A stretch of DNA of 41,178 nucleotides from a virus (taxonomy: Duplodnaviria > Caudoviricetes), in the IMG/VR virus record IMGVR_UViG_3300048851_000199, positions 1-41,178 of that record; one strand, 5' to 3'. The stretch's first letter is position 1. Each line of letters starts with the position of its first letter. Under the pieces are notes generated by a model. It was not told where the DNA came from and ran no database searches. It was given only the letters and a program-made list of their open reading frames with translations. The translations under genes and the position numbers were made by a program. Below are positions 1 through 7,469 of this stretch, one piece after another.

Positions 1-228
1 TCAGTTCTCCGGGGCGCTCCAGCGGCCGGTTTCCATCCAGATCAGATAGCGGCGCAAGGGCAGGATCCACACGATCCCGAGGACCAGGTAGACCGGCGCC
101 TGCGCCAGCGCCGGCCAGCCGGCGATCCATGGCGCGATGAACGCGGCAATGGCGACGCCATAGACCGCCAGCGCGACCATCAGCAGCAGCACGCCCACCG
201 GGATGCGCCACGTCGGTTCCTCACGCAT
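1..228 (-). CDS. DUF2842-like small membrane protein (host)
   Basis: 75 aa with two hydrophobic helices and a WILPLRRYLIWMETGRW tail; its position downstream of ygfA is typical of sphingomonads. Confidence 0.8.
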   Translation of the reverse strand: MREEPTWRIPVGVLLLMVALAVYGVAIAAFIAPWIAGWPALAQAPVYLVLGIVWILPLRRYLIWMETGRWSAPEN

Positions 229-836
229 CAGCGCGCTCCTTCGTACAGGCGGGTTGGCGTGATGACCATCGCGAGCGGACGGTCATGCGCTTCGTGTGGC
301 AGGCTCTCGGCCAGCTGCGCATCCCAGGCGAGGCCGATCGCCAGCGTGTCGGCATGAGCCTCGAGCCAGCGGTCGTAATGCCCGCCCCCCTGGCCCAGCC
401 GCGTACCGCCGGCAGCAAAGGCGAGCAGCGGCACGAACACGACGTCGGGCACGACCGAGGCGCTGTCGGCGCTTGGCTGCAGCACGCCGAAGGGTCCGAC
501 TTCGAGTTCGTCCTCCTCCGAGACAGGATCGGCCCAGGCGTGGAACGCCATCGGCGCGTCGCGGTCGTCGAAGCGGGGCAGGGCGAGCTTGTGTCCGTTC
601 TCGTGCAGCCAGCGCGCATAGGCCAGCGTCGGAGCTTCATGTGGATGGGGATAGTACAGCCCGACGGTCGCGCCCTCGCGAATCAGGCGCACGACAGGCA
701 CCGGCGGCCGCGCGAACAGCAGCGCGCGCATGCTTTGCGGCAGCGCCGCGACGTGCTCTCGCCGCAGTGCGCGGTAGTGCCTGCGCAGCGCGGCCTTGCT
801 CTGGGCGATATCTTGGGGGGGTGACGGGCCCACCAT
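228..836 (-). CDS. ygfA: 5-formyltetrahydrofolate cyclo-ligase (host)
   Basis: Motifs KAALRR, PDVVFVPLLAF, RLGQGGGHYDRWL and LPHEAHD. The ORF track starts at 902, but ATG 836 is more likely because the upstream part crosses the phage junction. Confidence 0.93.
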   Translation of the reverse strand: MVGPSPPQDIAQSKAALRRHYRALRREHVAALPQSMRALLFARPPVPVVRLIREGATVGLYYPHPHEAPTLAYARWLHENGHKLALPRFDDRDAPMAFHAWADPVSEEDELEVGPFGVLQPSADSASVVPDVVFVPLLAFAAGGTRLGQGGGHYDRWLEAHADTLAIGLAWDAQLAESLPHEAHDRPLAMVITPTRLYEGAR

Positions 837-853
837 GGGTCGTTTCCTAGAAA
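820..853 (-). ncRNA. ssrS: 3' fragment of 6S RNA, probable att core at the left prophage boundary
   Basis: The minus strand reads TTTCTAGGAAACGACCCATGGTGGGCCCGTCAC immediately upstream of ygfA, where ssrS normally lies. It resembles the 3' end of alphaproteobacterial 6S RNA (from recall). Only ~60 bp separate it from the integrase stop, too little for a full 6S RNA. Confidence 0.6.
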
Positions 854-914
854 GACTGCATAGCCACGGATTTCTGCGGGTTTGCAGGCGATAATCGTTC
901 AAACTTGGCCGCCT

Positions 915-2204
915 TTACGCGGTTTTGTTGGAACGGTCATCCTCTAGCTCGGCGCCCGCACGGCGGGTCAACGTCGAGGCGATCGCGGCGGCGGTGATGG
1001 TCGGGTCGACCGGGCCGTAGACCTTGAGCATGGCGGAGATGCTGGCCAGCGAGTGCCCGGTGATCGCGGCGATCATCTCCTTGGGCATGCCACGCCGGCG
1101 CAGTCGGACGACGCGGGTGCGGCGCAGGTCGTGCCAGTGTAGCTTGAGCATCCCCTCGCGGCCGGTCGCCACGGCCGCCTGCTTGAGCACCTTATTCCAG
1201 CGGCGGATAAACTGGCGCTCGCTGTAGGGCAGGCCGGTGTAGTCATCGATGATCACGTAACTGGTCGGCCGGATCGGATCGGCGGCTCGATCGCGTGCGC
1301 GGTTGGTGCGCAGGGCGGCGCGGCACCGGCCGAGGATCTGCGGCTCGAGTGGGATCTCCATCAGCACGTCCATTTCGTTAGTGCTGGTCTTCTTCTGGGC
1401 GAAGCACCAACCGTACACGATGCCGTCCTGATCGGCGAGGATCCTGCTGACCTCGAGCTCGTGAATATCCAATTTCGTAAGCTGGTGCTCGGTGAACTTG
1501 ATCAGGTCGCCCTCGCGCTGGGCGGTGTAGAGCGCGAGCTCGCGCGCGAACGCCATCGATGGAAGGCCGAGCGCAAACGCGGCCGCATCAAACGCGGCAT
1601 CGTCTTCGGGGGTCCAGATGATCTTGCGCGACGCCGGCGCGCCCAGGTCAAAGTTCGTGGCCGGATTGCTGCCCTTGGGAATGGCGTCAGTGTCCTCGGC
1701 GAAGCCCATGACGACGCGCAACATCTTGAGCAGGGAATGTGCGGGGGCATGTCCGATCCCGCCTGCCTCCACGGGGCGCGCCACAGCGTCTCTCAGCGTG
1801 CGAACGCGCGCCGGCGTGATGTAGGCCAGCGGATGCTTGCCGGCCCACTCCTCAAGCCGCTTTAGGGCGGCGCTGTAGCCGCGCTTGGTGGTGTCGGCGA
1901 GCAGCGGCCGGCCGGAGGCGTCCTTCCCCTCGAGGACTTCGCGGCGATAGCGCTGGATCAGCGCGCCGAAGGTGCCGGCCGGATCCTTGCGGGCAATGCC
2001 GGCGGGGCGGCGATCGCCGAGCTTCCATTGCTCGACCTCGGCGTTGCGGGCCTGCGCCTCGACCATGGCGCGGTTCATGTCCTTGCCGAGGGACATTGGT
2101 TTCCACCCGGCGGCCGCGAGCGTCTTGCTCGGCTGCCAGTACCAGCTGGTGATGCCGCCCTTGTTGGTCTTCCCAACGAGGCAGGGGATGCTGATCTTCG
2201 CCAT
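915..2204 (-). CDS. int: Tyrosine recombinase / phage integrase
   Basis: Catalytic set TAQREGD (R), QKKT (K), HDLRRT (HxxR), ITGHS and KVY (Y); start MAKISIP at 2204 with an upstream GGAAGGA. Confidence 0.93.
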   Translation of the reverse strand: MAKISIPCLVGKTNKGGITSWYWQPSKTLAAAGWKPMSLGKDMNRAMVEAQARNAEVEQWKLGDRRPAGIARKDPAGTFGALIQRYRREVLEGKDASGRPLLADTTKRGYSAALKRLEEWAGKHPLAYITPARVRTLRDAVARPVEAGGIGHAPAHSLLKMLRVVMGFAEDTDAIPKGSNPATNFDLGAPASRKIIWTPEDDAAFDAAAFALGLPSMAFARELALYTAQREGDLIKFTEHQLTKLDIHELEVSRILADQDGIVYGWCFAQKKTSTNEMDVLMEIPLEPQILGRCRAALRTNRARDRAADPIRPTSYVIIDDYTGLPYSERQFIRRWNKVLKQAAVATGREGMLKLHWHDLRRTRVVRLRRRGMPKEMIAAITGHSLASISAMLKVYGPVDPTITAAAIASTLTRRAGAELEDDRSNKTA

Positions 2205-2206
2205 GG

Positions 2207-2497
2207 TCAGTCCTTCCGGTGGCGCAGGCGGTTGCCGGTCTCGCGCGGCTGCGCGTCGACTAGGTTGCGGGAGAACGCCGGCGTGATCAGCTTTTCGAGA
2301 TCCAGGCACTCGCGGGCGCGACGTTGCAGGGCCGCGGCCGTGTCGTGCAGAAAGCCGTCGTGCAGGTCGCTCTCGCGCTTGATCAGGCGGTAGATCGTCT
2401 TCTCGCCGACGCCGATCGCAGCAGCTGCGCTGCGGGGTCCGCCGAGCAGCTGCACAGCCTGGCACCAGCGTTCGTGTTGGGTATCGGGATCCACCAT
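2207..2497 (-). CDS. Small HTH-like DNA-binding protein
   Basis: LLGGPRSAAAAIGVGEKTIYRLI is HTH-like; AAAGGA RBS; ends 2 bp before the int start. Confidence 0.7.
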   Translation of the reverse strand: MVDPDTQHERWCQAVQLLGGPRSAAAAIGVGEKTIYRLIKRESDLHDGFLHDTAAALQRRARECLDLEKLITPAFSRNLVDAQPRETGNRLRHRKD

Positions 2498-2584
2498 GGA
2501 TTGGTCCTTTCGACCTGGAGCCAGCCCCGTGCCGGCGTCCCTTGCAGCGCGGGACGATGCCCGCGCTGCGGTGTGGGTGTCAAA

Positions 2585-2764
2585 TCAGTTGGTGAGCAGC
2601 CGGTGAGTGGTGCCGTTCTTGTCGGTTGCGACGGCAAAGCCCGAGGCTGGCTCGATCGTGTCGATGTTGGGGATCTTCGCGGTCTGTCCGTGCTCATCAA
2701 CGCCAGAGACGGTTATCCGGCCTCCGGCGCGCTTGGCCTTCCAGCTGCTTAGCGTCATGTGCAT
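2585..2764 (-). CDS. Hypothetical 59-aa protein (below the ORF-track cutoff)
   Basis: MHMTLSSWKAKRAGGRITVSGVDEHGQTAKIPNIDTIEPASGFAVATDKNGTTHRLLTN; AGGAG 6 nt upstream; a GC hairpin (2544-2570) follows. Confidence 0.7.
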   Translation of the reverse strand: MHMTLSSWKAKRAGGRITVSGVDEHGQTAKIPNIDTIEPASGFAVATDKNGTTHRLLTN

Positions 2765-2813
2765 TGCATACTCCTAGACGAGTTGCCCGGAGCCGCCGGG
2801 CGCGGATCCGCTA

Positions 2814-3155
2814 CTAAGGGAGGCGGCGCAGACGCCGGGCGAGATAGTGGTTGGCTCGAGCGCGCCGGATACAGTCGCGCTTGCTCACGCGGAGTACCTT
2901 TTCCATCCATTCGCGGCCGAGAACGACGCGGTGGCCGTGGGGCCAGCCCACAAACCCGCGATCGATTTTGATCCCGTCCCAAGCTCCCGCAAACTGCCGC
3001 CACATGCGTGCCTGGGCGAGCCGACCCGCGACAGTCCAGGGCTGACCGTCTAGATTGGTCCTGCCATACGGGCACCAGCGCTTGCCCTCCGTCCGCCGGT
3101 GCAGCGGCAAGACATGCTCAGTCACCTCGATCGGCCCGAGGCCAGCAGACCTCAC
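2814..3155 (-). CDS. Hypothetical basic protein
   Basis: GTGA overlap with the upstream gene; Trp/Arg-rich; start uncertain (3155 or 3125). Confidence 0.5.
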   Translation of the reverse strand: MRSAGLGPIEVTEHVLPLHRRTEGKRWCPYGRTNLDGQPWTVAGRLAQARMWRQFAGAWDGIKIDRGFVGWPHGHRVVLGREWMEKVLRVSKRDCIRRARANHYLARRLRRLP

Positions 3156-3751
3156 AGGGCAAGCTCCTCTTGTGGCGCCAGCATGGCGCGGACGTCGTTG
3201 GCCGCGTGGCGATCGTCGAGGGCGATCATGCGCAGGAAGCCGTCGAGCTCGGCCGCGCGGCCGTCGCGATCGGCGAGGCGGGCCTGCAGCGTGTGCCATT
3301 CGATGCGGGCCTCCGCACGCGCCTGGTCGCCGTCGTCGCGGTAGAGCGGGGCGGGTGCGCCGTTGCTTGGCGTCCAGTCCTGGCCGAACTCGTAGATCGC
3401 GCGCAGGCACTCGAGGATCCGCCGGCGGCGATCGGCGACGGCCTGGGTGATGCGGCCCTTGCTGATCCACTCGGGATAGTAGCGGGCGCGCAGCTCGAGC
3501 TCGCGGGTGAGCGCCGCATGGCGATCGCGCCAGGTGAAGGCATGGCGGCATTCACCGGCGCCAGTGCGGAAGCGGTCGACGTCGTCGCGCAGTGCCTCCG
3601 CGATCGCGAGCTCGCGATCGGCGACGTCGCGCAGCATCATGCCCTTCTCAACGCGGCGCTGGTAGGTCGACCGGCGCTGCTCGATCTCGGTCTCGATCTC
3701 GGCGCGCAGATCCTGCCAGGACACGTCGGGGTAGCGATGGTGCGGGGTCAC
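3152..3751 (-). CDS. Hypothetical protein with two tandem ~50-aa helical repeats
   Basis: GTGA overlap with the DUF5131 stop; repeats W..LRAEIETEIEQRRSTYQRRVEKGMM...ADRE and W....AALTRELELRARYYPEWISKGRI...ADRR. Confidence 0.8.
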   Translation of the reverse strand: MTPHHRYPDVSWQDLRAEIETEIEQRRSTYQRRVEKGMMLRDVADRELAIAEALRDDVDRFRTGAGECRHAFTWRDRHAALTRELELRARYYPEWISKGRITQAVADRRRRILECLRAIYEFGQDWTPSNGAPAPLYRDDGDQARAEARIEWHTLQARLADRDGRAAELDGFLRMIALDDRHAANDVRAMLAPQEELAL

Positions 3752-4881
3752 GCCGGGAACTCGCCGTGCGTGCGGCCATCGAGCAAGCGACCGGCCATCT
3801 TCTTGCCGAGCTTCACCGAGAACCCGCCTCCGTTCGGCCACTCGTGCCACTTGCCGGGTTGCTCGCCCTTTGTGATGCTGTTCTGGTGGCCGTCCGCGTC
3901 GATCCCACCGTACGGGAACCACTCGCCCCATTGCTTGAACAGGAACGGTACGCCCGCCGCTTGGCACTGATCGCGCAGCGAGCGCGCCCAGTCCGGATGC
4001 ATCGGCCGCGCCTTGGGGCCGCTCTCGCCGCCGGCGATGACCCAGTCGAGTGTCGGATGCAGTGGCTTACCGTCAGGCTCACGCCCATACTGCTCAACGA
4101 ATCCAGCAAGAGTTTCGTCATCATCTGTCTGCTCGGTGGCCTCGCACCACTTCCCCCATTCCGCCGAGATGTTGACGGCGTTCAAGGCATCCATTTCGTC
4201 CCAGCCCTGATTTACTTCCAAAGCTGTCAGATCGACCGGTCCCAGCAGCGGCTCCGCGCTAATGAACCGCACCGCTGCCGGTGTGGCGAGCAGGTCAGGG
4301 ATGCGCTCGTCGGCACGCTGCTGATCCTCGACGCTGACGCCGAGCCAGACGTTAGGGAGCGGCCAAAGCTTGAGCGCACCAGGATTGATATCGCTACCCT
4401 TGAGGGTCACGCCAGCGCCGAGCGTTGAGCCTGCGTTCGCGGCATGGGCCGCCATGACGATACCGAGCGCCTCCAGACCAATCCGGACCTCAACAGCGGG
4501 CCGCGACAGATACTCCCGCATCCGCGCCGAGCGCTTCGTCAGGATCATGTGCGTGTGCTGCGGCGTCAGGGCGCAGACGGCGAACAGCCGGTCGATCGCC
4601 TCATCGGGCACGTTCTCGTGAAACAGGTCGCCATGCGCGTTCCAGAAGATGCGGCGACCGCGCTTCCACGCCAGCGCCTTCTTCAGCTCCTTGTCGTTGA
4701 TGCGGACCTCGCCGGTCCAGACCATGCCGCCCTTGCTCTGCACGGTGAGGCCCTGGCGCACGGGGAAGCGGTGCGCCTGCTTCATGGCGTAGCAATTCGT
4801 GCAACCGGGCGACGCGAGTGAACAGCCGTTGACGTAGTTGAGCGTGGCGTCGGCCCACTCGATCTTGGTATTGTCAGCCAC
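3748..4881 (-). CDS. Phage Gp37/Gp68 (DUF5131) family protein
   Basis: TKIEWADAT, GCSLASPGCTNCYA, DLFHENVPD, ILTKR, NVWLGVSVEDQ, RFISAEPLLGP, DWVIAGGESG and PFLFKQWGEW. Confidence 0.93.
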   Translation of the reverse strand: MADNTKIEWADATLNYVNGCSLASPGCTNCYAMKQAHRFPVRQGLTVQSKGGMVWTGEVRINDKELKKALAWKRGRRIFWNAHGDLFHENVPDEAIDRLFAVCALTPQHTHMILTKRSARMREYLSRPAVEVRIGLEALGIVMAAHAANAGSTLGAGVTLKGSDINPGALKLWPLPNVWLGVSVEDQQRADERIPDLLATPAAVRFISAEPLLGPVDLTALEVNQGWDEMDALNAVNISAEWGKWCEATEQTDDDETLAGFVEQYGREPDGKPLHPTLDWVIAGGESGPKARPMHPDWARSLRDQCQAAGVPFLFKQWGEWFPYGGIDADGHQNSITKGEQPGKWHEWPNGGGFSVKLGKKMAGRLLDGRTHGEFPA

Positions 4882-5125
4882 GTGCGCTCTCCTGGCGAGC
4901 CTGCTCGAGGGCGGCCGCGAACACGGCGCTGCTGGCGGCCATGGCGCGGCGGTGGGCGCGGTGCTCGCCGGGATCGTGGAACAGGGTGACGACGTCGGTC
5001 ACGGCCTTGTTGCGCATGCCGAGCTCGCGGGCGATCCGCTGGGTCGACCAGCTCGCATCCCACAGCGCCATGATGCGCTGCTTGATCGCGTGCGGCTGCG
5101 CGGCGCGCTCGAACGGGGCGGGCAT
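4874..5125 (-). CDS. Small HTH protein, GcrA N-terminal-like
   Basis: RIMALWDASWSTQRIARELGMRNKAV; TGATG coupling to the upstream gene. Confidence 0.65.
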   Translation of the reverse strand: MPAPFERAAQPHAIKQRIMALWDASWSTQRIARELGMRNKAVTDVVTLFHDPGEHRAHRRAMAASSAVFAAALEQARQESARG

Positions 5126-5379
5126 CAGTCGAGGCCCAGCGCCGACTTGTAGGTGTCGAGCAGCATTTCCTCTTCGCGGCGCTTGTCCGGCACCATTTTG
5201 CGCAGCCTGACGATCTGGCGCAGCGTCTTGGCGTCGTAGCCGACTGCCTTGGCCTCGCTGTAGACGTCGCGGATATCGTCGCTGATGCCCTTCTTCTCTT
5301 CCTCGAGGCGCTCGACGCGCTCGACCAGGAGGCGCAGGCGATCGTCGGTGGTGGTGCTGTTGTGGCCCGGGCCGGTCAT
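5125..5379 (-). CDS. DUF2312 / GapR-like DNA-binding protein
   Basis: DDRLRLLVERVERLEEEKKGISDDIRDVYSEAKAVGYDAK...LLDTYKSALGL is the GapR/UPF0335 signature; ATGA overlap at 5379. Confidence 0.93.
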   Translation of the reverse strand: MTGPGHNSTTTDDRLRLLVERVERLEEEKKGISDDIRDVYSEAKAVGYDAKTLRQIVRLRKMVPDKRREEEMLLDTYKSALGLD

Positions 5380-6281
5380 GGGAGCGGCACTCCGAAGCCA
5401 GCTGCATTTCTGTGGCCGCCGCCCCCGAACTTGCGAGCAACCTCCGCAACGTCGACACGATCGTCTGCGGAGCGCAGAGAGAAGCTGCGCGTTTCGCCCT
5501 GGTCCGAATAGCACACGGCGAATGGTGAGCCTGGGTGCGCGTCGAGCAGCTTGTGCCCCACTTCGCTGGCAAACATGTTAGGGCAATTGCAAGCGATCGC
5601 GGTGTAGCCACTCAAGTGGATCCAGCGTGGGTGCGCGGCGATCTCAGCCACCTTCTGATCAAAGAACCGCTGCATCGCGGCCGCTTCACCCTCGATGCGC
5701 AGGCGGCCATCAAGCGTCTGCAGATCCTTGTGGATCTCCGACCAGCGGGCGAACGAGAAGGGTTCGCTGCGCAGCCAAAGCCCGAATGCTGCGGTGATCT
5801 CGTACTTGAACTGCCAGAGATCGCGGTCCTCGATAAACTCGATCAGCGCAGGCGCGGCTCTGTCCGGATGGCAGAAGTTCCAGACCATGCGAGCGCCGGA
5901 GCGGTTCATGTCGAAGTTGGCCAGGACCGGCGGGTGTTTCCCGCGGTCTAGGTCTCCTAGCATCGACGTTGCAGTGGCAAGCGTGAAACGCTCGGGCTGT
6001 CTGGAGTAAACCGCGAACGGCTTGAGCTCGGCTTCGGCCGTCTTGTGATGATCCAGTATGATAAGGCTCTTGGCGCCTTGCAGGATCGTGTCGATGCCGT
6101 CGCGCTTGTAGCTGAAGTCACCGATCAGAACGTGCTTGTCGAGCACCTCCGGAGGCCGCTCGCCGTAGCTTACGGGGATGTACTCAACGTCATCGCCCCA
6201 CAGCTTCCAGGCCGCCCAGGCAGCGCCGAAACCATCGGCACAATTCGCGTGGTAGAGCATCACGTCCGGTTTCCAGGTCAT
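5376..6281 (-). CDS. DHH/DHHA1 family phosphoesterase (NrnB-like)
   Basis: YHANCADG, GDFS, ILDHHKT, IEDRDLW, FSLRS and FGGGGHRNAAGF. Confidence 0.92.
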   Translation of the reverse strand: MTWKPDVMLYHANCADGFGAAWAAWKLWGDDVEYIPVSYGERPPEVLDKHVLIGDFSYKRDGIDTILQGAKSLIILDHHKTAEAELKPFAVYSRQPERFTLATATSMLGDLDRGKHPPVLANFDMNRSGARMVWNFCHPDRAAPALIEFIEDRDLWQFKYEITAAFGLWLRSEPFSFARWSEIHKDLQTLDGRLRIEGEAAAMQRFFDQKVAEIAAHPRWIHLSGYTAIACNCPNMFASEVGHKLLDAHPGSPFAVCYSDQGETRSFSLRSADDRVDVAEVARKFGGGGHRNAAGFGVPLP

Positions 6282-6291
6282 CGGGAACCTC

Positions 6292-6459
6292 TCAGAACAG
6301 ATCGATGGTGGTGCAGCCGAGCGGGCCGAACAGGCAGTTCGCGAGGGCTGCGGCGATCAGGAGGGCGATCAGAACCGCCTCCGGGTGAATGGTGCGCTTC
6401 ATCGGCATGCTCTCCGGATGCGGCGATCTGGCGCCGTCGTGATTGGGCAACGGGCGCAT
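6292..6459 (-). CDS. Small membrane peptide (start 6459 or 6402)
   Basis: ...MKRTIHPEAVLIALLIAAALANCLFGPLGCTTIDLF; TGATG overlap with the upstream gene and a GGAG before the internal ATG. Confidence 0.55.
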   Translation of the reverse strand: MRPLPNHDGARSPHPESMPMKRTIHPEAVLIALLIAAALANCLFGPLGCTTIDLF

Positions 6460-6953
6460 CAGTGCGTATCTCCGGCATGGTCGGCCTCGAGCTCGGCATC
6501 GATCCAGTCGATGCAGGCGAGGCACATCGCGGCGGTGCGCACCAGGTAGCGGCGGGCGAGCTCGAGCTTGTGGAAATGGACGTAGTCGATCGCGCCGCTG
6601 AGCAAGCGGACCACTTGCTTGACCATCGGCATGAGCTTCTGCTCGCGGTCGCGCTCGAGCGTGTGGCCGAACTTGACGATCTGGCGGGTACGCTCGGCCA
6701 TGACGTCCTCGATCGCCGTGACGGGCACGCCGGCGAACGTCGCCGGCGGCGTGTGCCCGTCCGCCGATCCCGGGGGAAGGTCGGGCTCGGCGGACGGACG
6801 TGCGACCCGCTGGGCGGGAACTGGTTGATGGACGGAGGCTGGTTGCGCGCCGGGAGCCGGCTCCCTTCCCGGCGCGCCCGCTGACCCGACCGTTTCGCGA
6901 GACGTTTCCAGATGGCTCTGGCCGGCGATTGGGGGCGGATAGGATTGGTTCAC
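6459..6953 (-). CDS. Hypothetical protein with a MazG-like helical C-terminal domain
   Basis: Pro/Ala-rich N-terminus, then AIEDVMAERTRQIVKFG...RRYLVRTAAMCLACIDWID. Confidence 0.65.
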   Translation of the reverse strand: MNQSYPPPIAGQSHLETSRETVGSAGAPGREPAPGAQPASVHQPVPAQRVARPSAEPDLPPGSADGHTPPATFAGVPVTAIEDVMAERTRQIVKFGHTLERDREQKLMPMVKQVVRLLSGAIDYVHFHKLELARRYLVRTAAMCLACIDWIDAELEADHAGDTH

Positions 6954-7033
6954 GGGTTGACCACCGCGACGAGCGCACCGAGACCGGCGCCGGCGCAGAG
7001 CAGCGCCACGTAGATCGCGACGAAGCGGCTCAC
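6950..7033 (-). CDS. 27-aa hydrophobic peptide
   Basis: MSRFVAIYVALLCAGAGLGALVAVVNP; GTGA overlaps at both ends and a GGAG RBS. Confidence 0.55.
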   Translation of the reverse strand: MSRFVAIYVALLCAGAGLGALVAVVNP

Positions 7034-7164
7034 CGGGTTGCTCCGAACAGATAGGCGATCAGCACGGCGAGCGCCGGGCAGATCACGGCGCACCAAACCA
7101 AGGCGCCCAGCGCGCCGAGCAGGCCGGCGGCGAGGTTGTCGATCGCGGCGCGGTGCGGGGTCAC
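7030..7164 (-). CDS. 44-aa hydrophobic peptide
   Basis: MTPHRAAIDNLAAGLLGALGALVWCAVICPALAVLIAYLFGATR; GTGA overlaps at both ends. Confidence 0.6.
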   Translation of the reverse strand: MTPHRAAIDNLAAGLLGALGALVWCAVICPALAVLIAYLFGATR

Positions 7165-7469
7165 TTGCCGGCCGCCACGGTGAACGTGCGGATCTTGCCT
7201 TGGGGCAGGAGCTCAGACGCTTTCGCCTGCAGTGTCTGGGAATGGGCCGCAGCGAGTGTTTCCAGCAGCTGCAGCGCCAGTCCATGCGCGTTGACCCACT
7301 GGATGCCAGAAAGAGGTTCGGTGACCCGGCTAAGCGTCTCCATGGCCTGCTCCGCCGCATGAACTGCGACGTCGGCAATAATGCGAGCTCCGGAGGCTTC
7401 CATGCCGTTGGCGATCAAGCCGGCTAGCACACCAGCGCGAACCTCATCTTGGTCAACCCCGCCGCTCAC
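7161..7469 (-). CDS. Hypothetical protein
   Basis: GGAGG RBS and GTGA overlaps; helical composition. Confidence 0.65.
   Translation of the reverse strand: MSGGVDQDEVRAGVLAGLIANGMEASGARIIADVAVHAAEQAMETLSRVTEPLSGIQWVNAHGLALQLLETLAAAHSQTLQAKASELLPQGKIRTFTVAAGK

Noticed and set aside
837-902. N-terminal extension of YgfA given by the ORF track
   Set aside because: It runs across the putative att junction into phage DNA and has no RBS
2205-2465. N-terminal extension of the integrase (516-aa call)
   Set aside because: It overlaps the better 2207-2497 gene; the RBS supports ATG 2204
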